Shown here: piece after piece, positions 10,081 through 17,888 of the stretch | Position numbering within the stretch: position 1 is the first letter of the stretch | How the letters are laid out: the number at the start of each line of letters is the position of its first letter | IMG/VR virus record: IMGVR_UViG_3300042863_002514 | Span: 1 to 64,000 of that record | Direction: 5' to 3' (one strand) | DNA length: 64,000 nucleotides | Origin: an uncultured virus (IMG/VR IMGVR_UViG_3300042863_002514) | Lineage: Duplodnaviria; Heunggongvirae; Uroviricota; Caudoviricetes | Made by a program: the position numbers and the translations under genes | Notes under the pieces: generated by a model | What the model was told of the DNA's origin: nothing | Database searches by the model: none | The model's input: the letters and a program-made list of their open reading frames with translations, nothing else

Positions 10081-10731
10081 TTAACCACCACTCACTAGAT
10101 TGGGCACGTTGCCTACCACTAACACTTCCAACTCCTCTATAGTGGTTGAGGCAGTGATTTCATCATCTTTGAGTTTTTCCCAGTCAAATGTGGCTTGAAT
10201 ATGCGCTGCACCAGCAGCGACGCATTGGCCTAATTCATCTTTTGTGAGAGTGAGCCAAGTTTCCGGAAACTTCCAATTCACTGTTTCATCAGTTGCCATA
10301 AGAGAGTATTTTTGCACAAAAATGTTCCTACCTTCTCTGCTAGTGTCAATAGTAACTTTTTTACCTTGTATCACAGTGTGTGTGCCACCCACTTCAGCAG
10401 TGTAGCGATTGGCTTGTGCCTCGTCTCGCAACTGAGCTTGTATCTCCCAAATTTGCTTGTATTTGATCTCAAATGTACCAACGGCAATTGCAGGATTAGT
10501 GAAATCCCAGAACGGACCATAATAGGTTTGTGTTCGAGAGTTATGATCGGGTATCACCAGCTGTGCTGTGGTCAAATAGGTGGCATCGTCTATCACAATA
10601 GGAACGGTTTCAGGGTCATTGCGCGGCAGCAATGCTGAAATCTTAAGGCGGTCCAGACCGCCTTCAAACATTGGCCTATTCCAACTCATTGGACCTACCA
10701 ACACTCTTTCGTTATGTACTAACACATACAT
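10081..10731 (-). CDS. DUF4376-domain protein (tail-fibre-associated/chaperone-like)
   Basis: C-terminal RYTAEVGG..IDTSREGR..VNWK..WLTLT..EL..HIQATFDWE pattern; SD (AAGGA) upstream. Confidence 0.7.
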   Translation of the reverse strand: MYVLVHNERVLVGPMSWNRPMFEGGLDRLKISALLPRNDPETVPIVIDDATYLTTAQLVIPDHNSRTQTYYGPFWDFTNPAIAVGTFEIKYKQIWEIQAQLRDEAQANRYTAEVGGTHTVIQGKKVTIDTSREGRNIFVQKYSLMATDETVNWKFPETWLTLTKDELGQCVAAGAAHIQATFDWEKLKDDEITASTTIEELEVLVVGNVPNLVSGG

Positions 10732-10748
10732 ATTTTATTCCTTTTATC

Positions 10749-12068
10749 TTAAATTGTTTGCCGGGCTACAGTAAACAGGCCCTGTCCTATGCTAACTTCA
10801 CTCCAGGAGCTTGAACTGGATATTTCACGTATAGGCAATAAACTTCTGATTGTAGAGTTGTTACCAAGTTGGCCACAATTGTTATTACCCCACATCCATA
10901 AAGTGCTTGCGGTTGTTAAAGCGCCACTTCTGCCAAAGCCGGCAGTGACTTGGCACCAATTGGTTGCACTTGTTGCTTCCTGAATTGGTGAGCTCCTGGA
11001 TACAGTAGAGTTGTCTCCTAAAGCACCACAAGCGTTGCAACCCCATGCCCATAGTGTGTTAGTTGTTTTTAAGGCAATAGAGTGAGCAAACCCAGCGGAA
11101 GTTTGACACCAAGTGGTGGAGCTACTTATCTCTTGAACGGGACTTGATACATTGCTAGTGCTATTATTGCCAAATTTGCCACACTCGTTTGACCCCCATC
11201 CCCATAAAGTACCACTTGTTTTGAGTGCTAGGGTACCGTAGAGGCCGGCAGAAACTTGACACCAATTGGTTGAACTGGAAATTTCTCGCACAGGACTAGA
11301 CCTATTAGACAGATTGCATGTGCCCAGTTGCCCAGTCCCATTATTTCCCCAACCCCAAAGGGTTCCATCTGTTTTTAGTGCAGCAGTATGCGAATATCCA
11401 GGTGAGGTTTGGCACCAAGTGGCACTGCTGCTGATTTCACGCACTGGGCTAGATTTGTTAACTATAGTGTTATCACCCACTTGGCCATATGTGTTCTTTC
11501 CCCATGCCCACAAACTGCCATCACTTTTAACACCAGACATTGTGTAAAAAGACGTACCTATTTGACACCAAGTTGTGCTGCTGGTGATTTCTCTTACAGG
11601 ACTTGACTTACTGGTAACAGTGTTGTCTCCCAACTGACCACATACGTTATTGCCCCAAAGCCATAAGGAACTATCCTGTTTTAACCCCATTGAATTTACC
11701 GAACCAGCTCTGAGTTGCAGCCAGTTGCAGGAGCTTGTAATCTCTCTGACAGGACTTGATTGATTGGTTGTATTACTTGTGCCCAATTGTCCACAACTGT
11801 TTGACCCCCACGCCCAACCTGTGTTAGACTGTGATACAATAGGAATCCAAAATACAGAATTACTGAAAACTACTCTTTGAGCGTCTTCAACCAAATACAA
11901 TTTACCATTGCTGGCTGATGCAGTAGGTAATAATTGAGAACAGGCTACAACAAACATAGCGCCTGTTCTCAGTTGTTGAATAGCCCGTGTATATGTGAGC
12001 AAATCTAGATTGTCGTTGCCTGCTGCGATTTTTTGGCTAAGGGCAAATTCAATTTGATTTAAGTTCAT
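10749..12068 (-). CDS. RCC1-repeat protein, N-terminal class B (copy 1)
   Basis: Seven more-diverged RCC1 repeats; N-terminus SQKI...DLLTYTRAIQQLRTG. Confidence 0.9.
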   Translation of the reverse strand: MNLNQIEFALSQKIAAGNDNLDLLTYTRAIQQLRTGAMFVVACSQLLPTASASNGKLYLVEDAQRVVFSNSVFWIPIVSQSNTGWAWGSNSCGQLGTSNTTNQSSPVREITSSCNWLQLRAGSVNSMGLKQDSSLWLWGNNVCGQLGDNTVTSKSSPVREITSSTTWCQIGTSFYTMSGVKSDGSLWAWGKNTYGQVGDNTIVNKSSPVREISSSATWCQTSPGYSHTAALKTDGTLWGWGNNGTGQLGTCNLSNRSSPVREISSSTNWCQVSAGLYGTLALKTSGTLWGWGSNECGKFGNNSTSNVSSPVQEISSSTTWCQTSAGFAHSIALKTTNTLWAWGCNACGALGDNSTVSRSSPIQEATSATNWCQVTAGFGRSGALTTASTLWMWGNNNCGQLGNNSTIRSLLPIREISSSSSWSEVSIGQGLFTVARQTI

Positions 12069-13414
12069 AGTGCTACAAATCCTGAAATTTTACCTTGAAT
12101 GGCCATTGTTTGCCTTGTACTGCTAGTTACACAACTCCACGACGTGGCTGATGTTATCTCTCTCACAGGACTGGAAACTGATGTAACTGTGTTGTTCCCC
12201 AACGCGCCACATGATGCATTTCCCCAGGTCCACAATGTGCCATCTGTTTTTAACGCCGCGGTATGCGCGCATCCACCAGATACTTGACACCAAGTTGTTG
12301 ATGATGAAATTTCTTGTATAGGACTGCTCCGGCTGGTTGCAGTATTATTTCCCAGCTCTCCACATGTATTTAAACCCCATGCCCACAGAGTGCCATCGGT
12401 TTTTATAGCATTTGAATGATACTTGCCAGGCCCAAATGTGCACCAATTTGTAGAGCTGGAAACTTCTCGAACTGGGCTGCTGGCATTTGAGGTAGAGTTG
12501 TTACCGAGAACGCCATATCCACCTGAGCCCCAGCTCCAAAGTGTATTGTCTTTTTTCAACGCAACTGCTAGGTTGTAACCGTTTTGTATTCTGCACCAGG
12601 AGGTTCCGCTTGTTATTTCTCGCACTGGTGAACTGAAGTTAGTTGTGTTGTTGGTTCCCAGTACTCCACATGTGTTGACTCCCCAGGTCCACAGACTGCC
12701 ATCAGACTTGACAGCAGCAGAGTGTCGCAGCCCTCCACTGCTGATTGAACACCAATTTGTACTTGATGATACCTCGCGGATTGGAGAACTGCGGGTTGTT
12801 TTGGTGCCATCGCCCAAATTACCGCAAAAGTTGTCGCCCCATGCCCACAGTGTGCTATCACATTTTAAAGCCAAAAGATGGAACGCAAATGACCCTACAC
12901 TTGTCCAGGTTGAAGAACTACTTATTTCACGAACTGGACTACTTTGGTTAGCTGTTGCATTATTGCCCAGTGCACCACAATTGTTGTAACCCCAAGTCCA
13001 TAGTGAAAGGTCTGATTTTATTCCTGCTGATGTTGTATTGCTAGTGACAGTAACCCAATTGCAGCTTGAGCTTATTTCTCGAACAGGTGAACTCTGGGAA
13101 GTTGTTGTATTATTGCCCAAACCTCCACAGAGGTTCCAACCCCACCCAAACACACATGCGCCTGTCCAATTTGTATTGAAGTCATTGGTCCATTGGGTGC
13201 CATCACTGTAGCGATAGTCGCCAATGTCCGTTATCCAAATAAACCTGCCTGTATTGTCACATGCTGTTGGCAATGCTGCACAATTTGCTACACAATAGAT
13301 CCCATTCAAAGCCGCTTGAATACCTGCCAACTGAGCAGTTTGCAGAACATCTTGATTGGCCAAGACAATGCATGCGTTGGCTTGTGTGATGAGTTTGCCA
13401 GCAGCCACAGACAT
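12065..13414 (-). CDS. RCC1-repeat protein, N-terminal class A (copy 1)
   Basis: Seven RCC1 repeats; N-terminus AALPTACDNTGR...YRYSDGTQWTNDF. Confidence 0.9.
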   Translation of the reverse strand: MSVAAGKLITQANACIVLANQDVLQTAQLAGIQAALNGIYCVANCAALPTACDNTGRFIWITDIGDYRYSDGTQWTNDFNTNWTGACVFGWGWNLCGGLGNNTTTSQSSPVREISSSCNWVTVTSNTTSAGIKSDLSLWTWGYNNCGALGNNATANQSSPVREISSSSTWTSVGSFAFHLLALKCDSTLWAWGDNFCGNLGDGTKTTRSSPIREVSSSTNWCSISSGGLRHSAAVKSDGSLWTWGVNTCGVLGTNNTTNFSSPVREITSGTSWCRIQNGYNLAVALKKDNTLWSWGSGGYGVLGNNSTSNASSPVREVSSSTNWCTFGPGKYHSNAIKTDGTLWAWGLNTCGELGNNTATSRSSPIQEISSSTTWCQVSGGCAHTAALKTDGTLWTWGNASCGALGNNTVTSVSSPVREITSATSWSCVTSSTRQTMAIQGKISGFVAL

Positions 13415-13418
13415 GTGA

Positions 13419-13676
13419 TTAAGTCAGTGCCAACAAAGCTAGTGTTCGAGCAGTGTTGTCTTGGCCACCAAAACTGCCCCAAACTGTGCCGTCGTAGCCT
13501 TCAAAACTGGCTTGCGTAGTATTGTAACGGATTTGTCCTGTTGCTGCTGTTGGTCTTTCACCATCTGTGCCCACAGGCAATTTTAGTGCAGATGTGCCGC
13601 TGAAATTGGCATACCCAGTAATAGTCAAATTTTGGTTATCGGCGATGACTGTAACGCCTGATATTTTTATGGCCAT
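13419..13676 (-). CDS. Small virion fibre/adaptor protein
   Basis: The LPVGT..ERP...GQIRYNT....FEGYDG..W motif recurs in the N-terminus of the 36989 protein. SD AAAGGAG upstream. Confidence 0.7.
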   Translation of the reverse strand: MAIKISGVTVIADNQNLTITGYANFSGTSALKLPVGTDGERPTAATGQIRYNTTQASFEGYDGTVWGSFGGQDNTARTLALLALT

Positions 13677-13709
13677 CTTCGCGCTCCTTTTAGAGTACTC
13701 GGTTGCACT

Positions 13710-13717
13710 TATTTATA
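13710..13717 (-). promoter_or_regulatory. T4-type late promoter TATAAATA upstream of the RCC1 gene array
   Basis: Exact TATAAATA, 33 nt upstream of ATG 13676. Confidence 0.7.
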
Positions 13718-13735
13718 GAGACGTGAGAACATTAC

Positions 13736-14668
13736 TTAACTTTGATTTAGTCCCAAGTGTTTTTTCAATACTTCAATACTTTCGGCCTGCTCTTGCAATG
13801 CCTTCAACAACAGCGGTATCAACTGAATATATGCCACAGTTTTCCCTGACGCGGTTGTACTCACAAGAGATGGTATAACTTGCTCTACTTCTTGAGCCAA
13901 TAAACCAAAACTGTGTTTGCTGGCATGCTTCCAGTCAAAACTAACGGGATTGAGTTCCTTGAGAATAGCCCAACTGTCGGTAATTGTTGAGATGTTTGTT
14001 TTGAACGCAGCATCACTGATGCTGTTGAAGTCAACAGCAGCCACTTCACCAGTGCCAGGATTATAGGTGAATGCTGTTGCAGTGCTGCGTATCCTAGGAG
14101 TAGTGCTAGAGCCAGCAGTGTCCACAAAAACCGGATAAAATGTTGAATTTGTTGTGGTATTTGTAGCAGTAATTGAGGTTGAGCTGCCGGCTGTTCCGCT
14201 CCATCCACTAGTGCCAGAAAATCCACTTGTGCCCGCACCGCTAAATCCGCTCCATCCACTTGTTCCGCTCCAGCTTTTGAATACACAGCTTATTCCTGCT
14301 CGGGGGTTGATTTCAAATGGTTGATTGAGAGCTCAAATTCAAAAATTTCTCTCTTGAGGCAGAAACACAACATCATTGTTGAGCAAAATTATGCGTTGAC
14401 CTTTGGCTAGCTTGATAGCTAGATTGTTGGCACCACTTTATCCCAAGGGTTGATCACTCCATACAATTTGACAGTGATCAGCCATGCCAACACTGACAAA
14501 TTGCTGTTGTAGATCTTGTAGATAGTCACATTTGTTGTCTGTGCAACCATTGGCGCTGACTATCAATTCAACGTCAGTCATTTTGTTATGAGAGCAAAGG
14601 CTTGTAGTGCAAGGTTCTAACAAGTCATTGCAGTGGTTGTAGGTTGGTATGATAATAGAGTATTTGAA
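13736..14668 (-). pseudogene. Decayed in-frame fusion: GT2 N-terminus joined to SG-repeat fibre C-terminus with peptidase-S74-type chaperone domain
   Basis: One frame reads KYSIIIPTYNHC...QPLG*SGANN...ERNF*I*ALNQPFEINPRAGISCVFKSWSGTSGWSG...[28 protein letters not shown]. Stops are at 14438-40, 14339-41 and 14333-35, and the Met is lost. The parts are paralogous to 49015 (N-term) and 44986 (C-term). Confidence 0.85.
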
Positions 14669-14729
14669 TTGTAGAGTCACAACAAAATTATACAAACTTT
14701 TTGATAGCACTACAATTTAGAGATTGAAA

Positions 14730-15233
14730 CTACACGTTCATCTCCGGAAGGAATCCCGGAGGATAAGGATTCACTGATTCCACAGGAACAATGTGTAAAC
14801 TAGGCCAAATAATATTGAAAGGATCTTGTTGTGTTTGAGGTATATCAGCTAGTTCTTGAATATAGCGTTCGAGAGTGAGGATATCATCAATTGGAGTGAG
14901 ACCCAATCTTAAGTATCGATTACAGCGTTCAACTCTCCATGCAACCGACTGAATAAGTATATCTCTCTGTTGTCGCACATCTTTCCATTTTGTCTGCTTC
15001 AGCATTTCAAGTTCTTCCAGGGTATATTCGGTCACTATCCACGCACCTGTGATATCATTCCACAACAATTTCTCATTGTCCTGTAGTTGAGGAGGATCAC
15101 TTACAGGCACATATCCAGCATCATCAATTTCTTCTGGAGTGAAAGTGCTAGGATCAGTTCGTGTTCTACCATCTAATAGTCTTATCCTGAATGGCAACGA
15201 CTGAGGCCATTGGTTTTTATAGGAATACAGCAT
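14730..15233 (-). CDS. Phage tail (fibre) assembly chaperone-like protein
   Basis: Start reassigned to ATG 15233 (SD AAGGAG). C-terminal W..VRQQRD.LI....W...YIQELADIPQ....PFNIIWP motif. Confidence 0.75.
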   Translation of the reverse strand: MLYSYKNQWPQSLPFRIRLLDGRTRTDPSTFTPEEIDDAGYVPVSDPPQLQDNEKLLWNDITGAWIVTEYTLEELEMLKQTKWKDVRQQRDILIQSVAWRVERCNRYLRLGLTPIDDILTLERYIQELADIPQTQQDPFNIIWPSLHIVPVESVNPYPPGFLPEMNV

Positions 15234-15413
15234 ATTATGTCTCCTTAAGTTCCTGAGAATCTTGGCATAGTAGTATTGATGAGACCTCCGAGATAGAGTT
15301 TTTGTTGTTGTTATCAAGTGAGATACTATAAGCACTATTTTGCAATAGTGAATGATTGCAATAGTAATTGACTGCGACAGTAGTGATTGTCTTGACAAAT
15401 ATCATCTTGTAAT

Positions 15414-15587
15414 CTACCACTTGCCCAATGGGCATTTGGCGAAATGGAACTTCCATTTCGCTAGCATGATGCATCCGCATTCCTGGCAAGTCTTCATTAT
15501 AGTAAATCTCGAACATGATTGGCATGAATCCTTCCGTTCATGGTATTTTGAAGGGTCATCCAGCAGCTTGAGGTTTGTCAACAACAT
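15414..15587 (-). CDS. Small Cys-rich protein, 57 aa (DUF6171-like, CxxC...CxxCGC...CPxGKW)
   Basis: Below the ORF-track cutoff: MLLTNLKLLDDPSKYHERKDSCQSCSRFTIMKTCQECGCIMLAKWKFHFAKCPLGKW. The ATG lies 1 nt after the upstream stop. Confidence 0.75.
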   Translation of the reverse strand: MLLTNLKLLDDPSKYHERKDSCQSCSRFTIMKTCQECGCIMLAKWKFHFAKCPLGKW

Positions 15588-15588
15588 C

Positions 15589-16464
15589 TTATAGATTCCC
15601 AGTCTGGGTTGTCGGGAACAGTCTAGTGGTTCCTGGCCATATTATGCGAACGGCCCCATTCCCGCCACTAACGCTACCGCCGCCGTCACTCTGAAGCCCA
15701 CCGCCGCCATACAATGCACCCACACCTGTACCTGTGTAACCCTTGCCATTTTCGCCACCACTGCCGCCGCCGCCGCCTGCACTGCTACTCGCTCCCCCAT
15801 TACCCCCTGCTGTTCCATTTGCTCCTTGTCCCAGTATTCCTACGCCGCCCCCAGCTGTTGCATAATAAGAGCTACCTCCACCGCCGCCACCGCCGGAACC
15901 AGCGTTGCCAGGTCCTGATGCGCCACTTGTAACGCCCGCAGCACCACCATTACCTGTGTAGCCACCTGCGCCACCACCACCAGAATACGCGCCAGTATTT
16001 GAAGCACCACCATTACCTCCGCCGTCTCCAACATAAGTTCCACCTGCACCTGCATAAGTTCCACCTCCACCTTGTACGGTTAAAGCGGATATGAAATAGC
16101 TAGCAGCACCATTTGCACCAGCACCGCCACCTGCACCAACAACCACAGTATATAATGTGCCTGGCGTAACACTGATGTTATTTTTATAACCCAAACCACC
16201 GCCACCGCCACCTAGATATGTGGTCGCTGTGGCACCTTTTCCGCCCCCTCCCCCAACGCATACTACACTCACGCTATTTACTCCCGCAGGGCATGTCCAT
16301 GTGTATGTACCGGGAGTGGTATATGCCTGTTGTCCAAGGGAAAGAATTACGGGTGGCCAACGATTATGCTTTACTGCCAAAAAATTTTCTCTCAAAGACC
16401 ATACTCCTGAAGCTACTGAAGTAGTTGGATCATTTGGTTTGCCTATGATATTGCCTTTGCCCAT
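15589..16464 (-). CDS. Glycine-rich-domain virion protein
   Basis: YTTPGTYTWTCPAGVNSVSVVCVGGGGG start motif, poly-Gly tracts and a closing GGNGAVRIIW. Confidence 0.75.
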   Translation of the reverse strand: MGKGNIIGKPNDPTTSVASGVWSLRENFLAVKHNRWPPVILSLGQQAYTTPGTYTWTCPAGVNSVSVVCVGGGGGKGATATTYLGGGGGGLGYKNNISVTPGTLYTVVVGAGGGAGANGAASYFISALTVQGGGGTYAGAGGTYVGDGGGNGGASNTGAYSGGGGAGGYTGNGGAAGVTSGASGPGNAGSGGGGGGGSSYYATAGGGVGILGQGANGTAGGNGGASSSAGGGGGSGGENGKGYTGTGVGALYGGGGLQSDGGGSVSGGNGAVRIIWPGTTRLFPTTQTGNL

Positions 16465-16483
16465 TTATACGGTCTTTTATCTG

Positions 16484-17515
16484 CTAGAGTTTTTCAATGA
16501 GTACGCTGCCATTTCCGGTGGTGTTTACCCCGGCTGTGTTGGATTGGTTGCTGCCGTTGTTGATGCTGCCACCGCCACCTCCTGGTCCCAAGGCAGGACA
16601 GGTACACGCCCCCACACCGCCAGCACCGCCGCCACTGTAGCCACCACCACCACCACCTAGGTAGCTGCTGGCACCGCCTCCACCGCCAAACCCGCCGTTA
16701 GCCGCCGTGCCACCGTATTGCACACCTCCGGTCCCCCCCGTGCCGCCATTGAGAAAACTGTTACCGCCGCTTGAAGCGCCTTCACCGCCGCCGCCAGCTG
16801 CGCCGTTGCCGCTATAGCCACCACCGCCACCACCAACTGAAACACATCCATTGGTGGCACCACCGCCAGAACCAAGTGTGCCTCCACCTCCTCCGGTATC
16901 TCCCCCGGCATTGCCAGAGGTGAGTATGCTGGCATCCTTGTTGGCCCATGTGCCTGCCGAACCTCCGCCGCCTCCGCCAGCTATGATCAGTATGGTGTTG
17001 TCCTGTTTAGTCACGAAGCTGCTGCCGCCGCCGCCGCCCTTGCTACCACCGCACGCATTATTACCGGTGACACCCTGTTGTCCTACCAATATCTTGAGTT
17101 TTTCGCCCTGGGTAAGGGAGAAGGTGCCTATCATGCGTGCACCGGCACCAACACCGGTAGCACCGCTGCCTCCCCTAGCACCTATTGCTGTTATCCGGTA
17201 TGACGCTGTCAAAGGAACCGTCCATAGCTGTATCCCGGATGTTACGCTGAAATATGCTGTGTTGGTGTTCCATCCTGACGGTGTAGGCGTGCCGGTCATC
17301 CCACCCTGTGCCTGTGCCAGTGTTGGTCCTGAACTGCCGCTAGCAGTGCCAGGTGTAAATGTAGCTGACGTAAATCCGTAGAGTGCTTGCCCAGGCCAGG
17401 TATTCCCGTATTTTGCATCAGCTTGTGCTTCTGAGCTCCAGACTCCTTTGGCCGTAGTTGATGTAGGATTATTTTCAATCCCAATAACACCGCCGTTATC
17501 AAAGTTAGTATTCAC
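16484..17515 (-). CDS. Glycine-rich protein with ALK/LTK-type glycine-rich domain
   Basis: GIQLWTVP.T..YRI.A.GA.GG...G.F.L..GE.L.ILVGQQG...GGGGSSFV...GGFGGGG...GGGGYSGG...GNGSV.I. It shares an N-terminal GxxIG..N.PT...A.GVWS motif with 15589. Confidence 0.75.
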   Translation of the reverse strand: MNTNFDNGGVIGIENNPTSTTAKGVWSSEAQADAKYGNTWPGQALYGFTSATFTPGTASGSSGPTLAQAQGGMTGTPTPSGWNTNTAYFSVTSGIQLWTVPLTASYRITAIGARGGSGATGVGAGARMIGTFSLTQGEKLKILVGQQGVTGNNACGGSKGGGGGSSFVTKQDNTILIIAGGGGGGSAGTWANKDASILTSGNAGGDTGGGGGTLGSGGGATNGCVSVGGGGGGYSGNGAAGGGGEGASSGGNSFLNGGTGGTGGVQYGGTAANGGFGGGGGASSYLGGGGGGYSGGGAGGVGACTCPALGPGGGGGSINNGSNQSNTAGVNTTGNGSVLIEKL

Positions 17516-17874
17516 TAACTGATTTCCTCATAGCTACACACAGCTTCCAGATCACTTACAGCACTAGCAGTCAAACGTATGCTGTCGCCTTCTTCAAGAT
17601 AAATTGAAGTATCTTTGCTGATAACAACTAGCGATGCGTCTGCTGGTACGGAAATGGTATTCGCTAGTCTATACGCTACAGAACTTCTGAACAAATCCAC
17701 AGTAATGTCTGCATTGTTGGTCCCGTCAACATTTGAAATTACTAGACTGTTGATTTTAAAGACTTTGTTACTTGCTGCTGAATTGGTAACTATTGCTGTA
17801 GCACTTGTACCAACTGCTTGTACCGCAGTTTTACCAATAATTGTTGTGACATTTACTATATTAGGGGCTGACAT
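17515..17874 (-). CDS. Small beta-sandwich virion protein (paralog family with 44545 and 51949)
   Basis: I.SLVISNVDG...VPADASLVV....IYLEEGDSI pattern shared with 44545 and 51949. Confidence 0.65.
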   Translation of the reverse strand: MSAPNIVNVTTIIGKTAVQAVGTSATAIVTNSAASNKVFKINSLVISNVDGTNNADITVDLFRSSVAYRLANTISVPADASLVVISKDTSIYLEEGDSIRLTASAVSDLEAVCSYEEIS

Positions 17875-17888
17875 AACTTTTTAAATCC

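Noticed and set aside
4630..13414. CRISPR-like array (constant repeats with variable spacers at ~153-nt period)
   Set aside because: The repeats are in-frame RCC1 blades inside six intact ORFs; the unit is far too long and there are no cas genes.
4630..13414. Diversity-generating retroelement acting on the RCC1 loops
   Set aside because: There is no reverse transcriptase or non-coding template repeat in the window. Loop differences include non-adenine changes (AGA vs TCC, TAC vs TAT) and indels. A distant DGR cannot be fully excluded.
14333..14440. Stop-codon reassignment suggested by in-frame TGA/TAA in the GT fragment
   Set aside because: The stops are of two types and the start codon is also lost. 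TAA, TAG and TGA all terminate intact genes elsewhere in the window, so this is decay rather than recoding.
15235..15525. 96-aa ORF and the 5' extension of the 14730 ORF to 15398
   Set aside because: Both are better explained by the 57-aa Cys-rich gene in another frame and by the SD-supported ATG at 15233.
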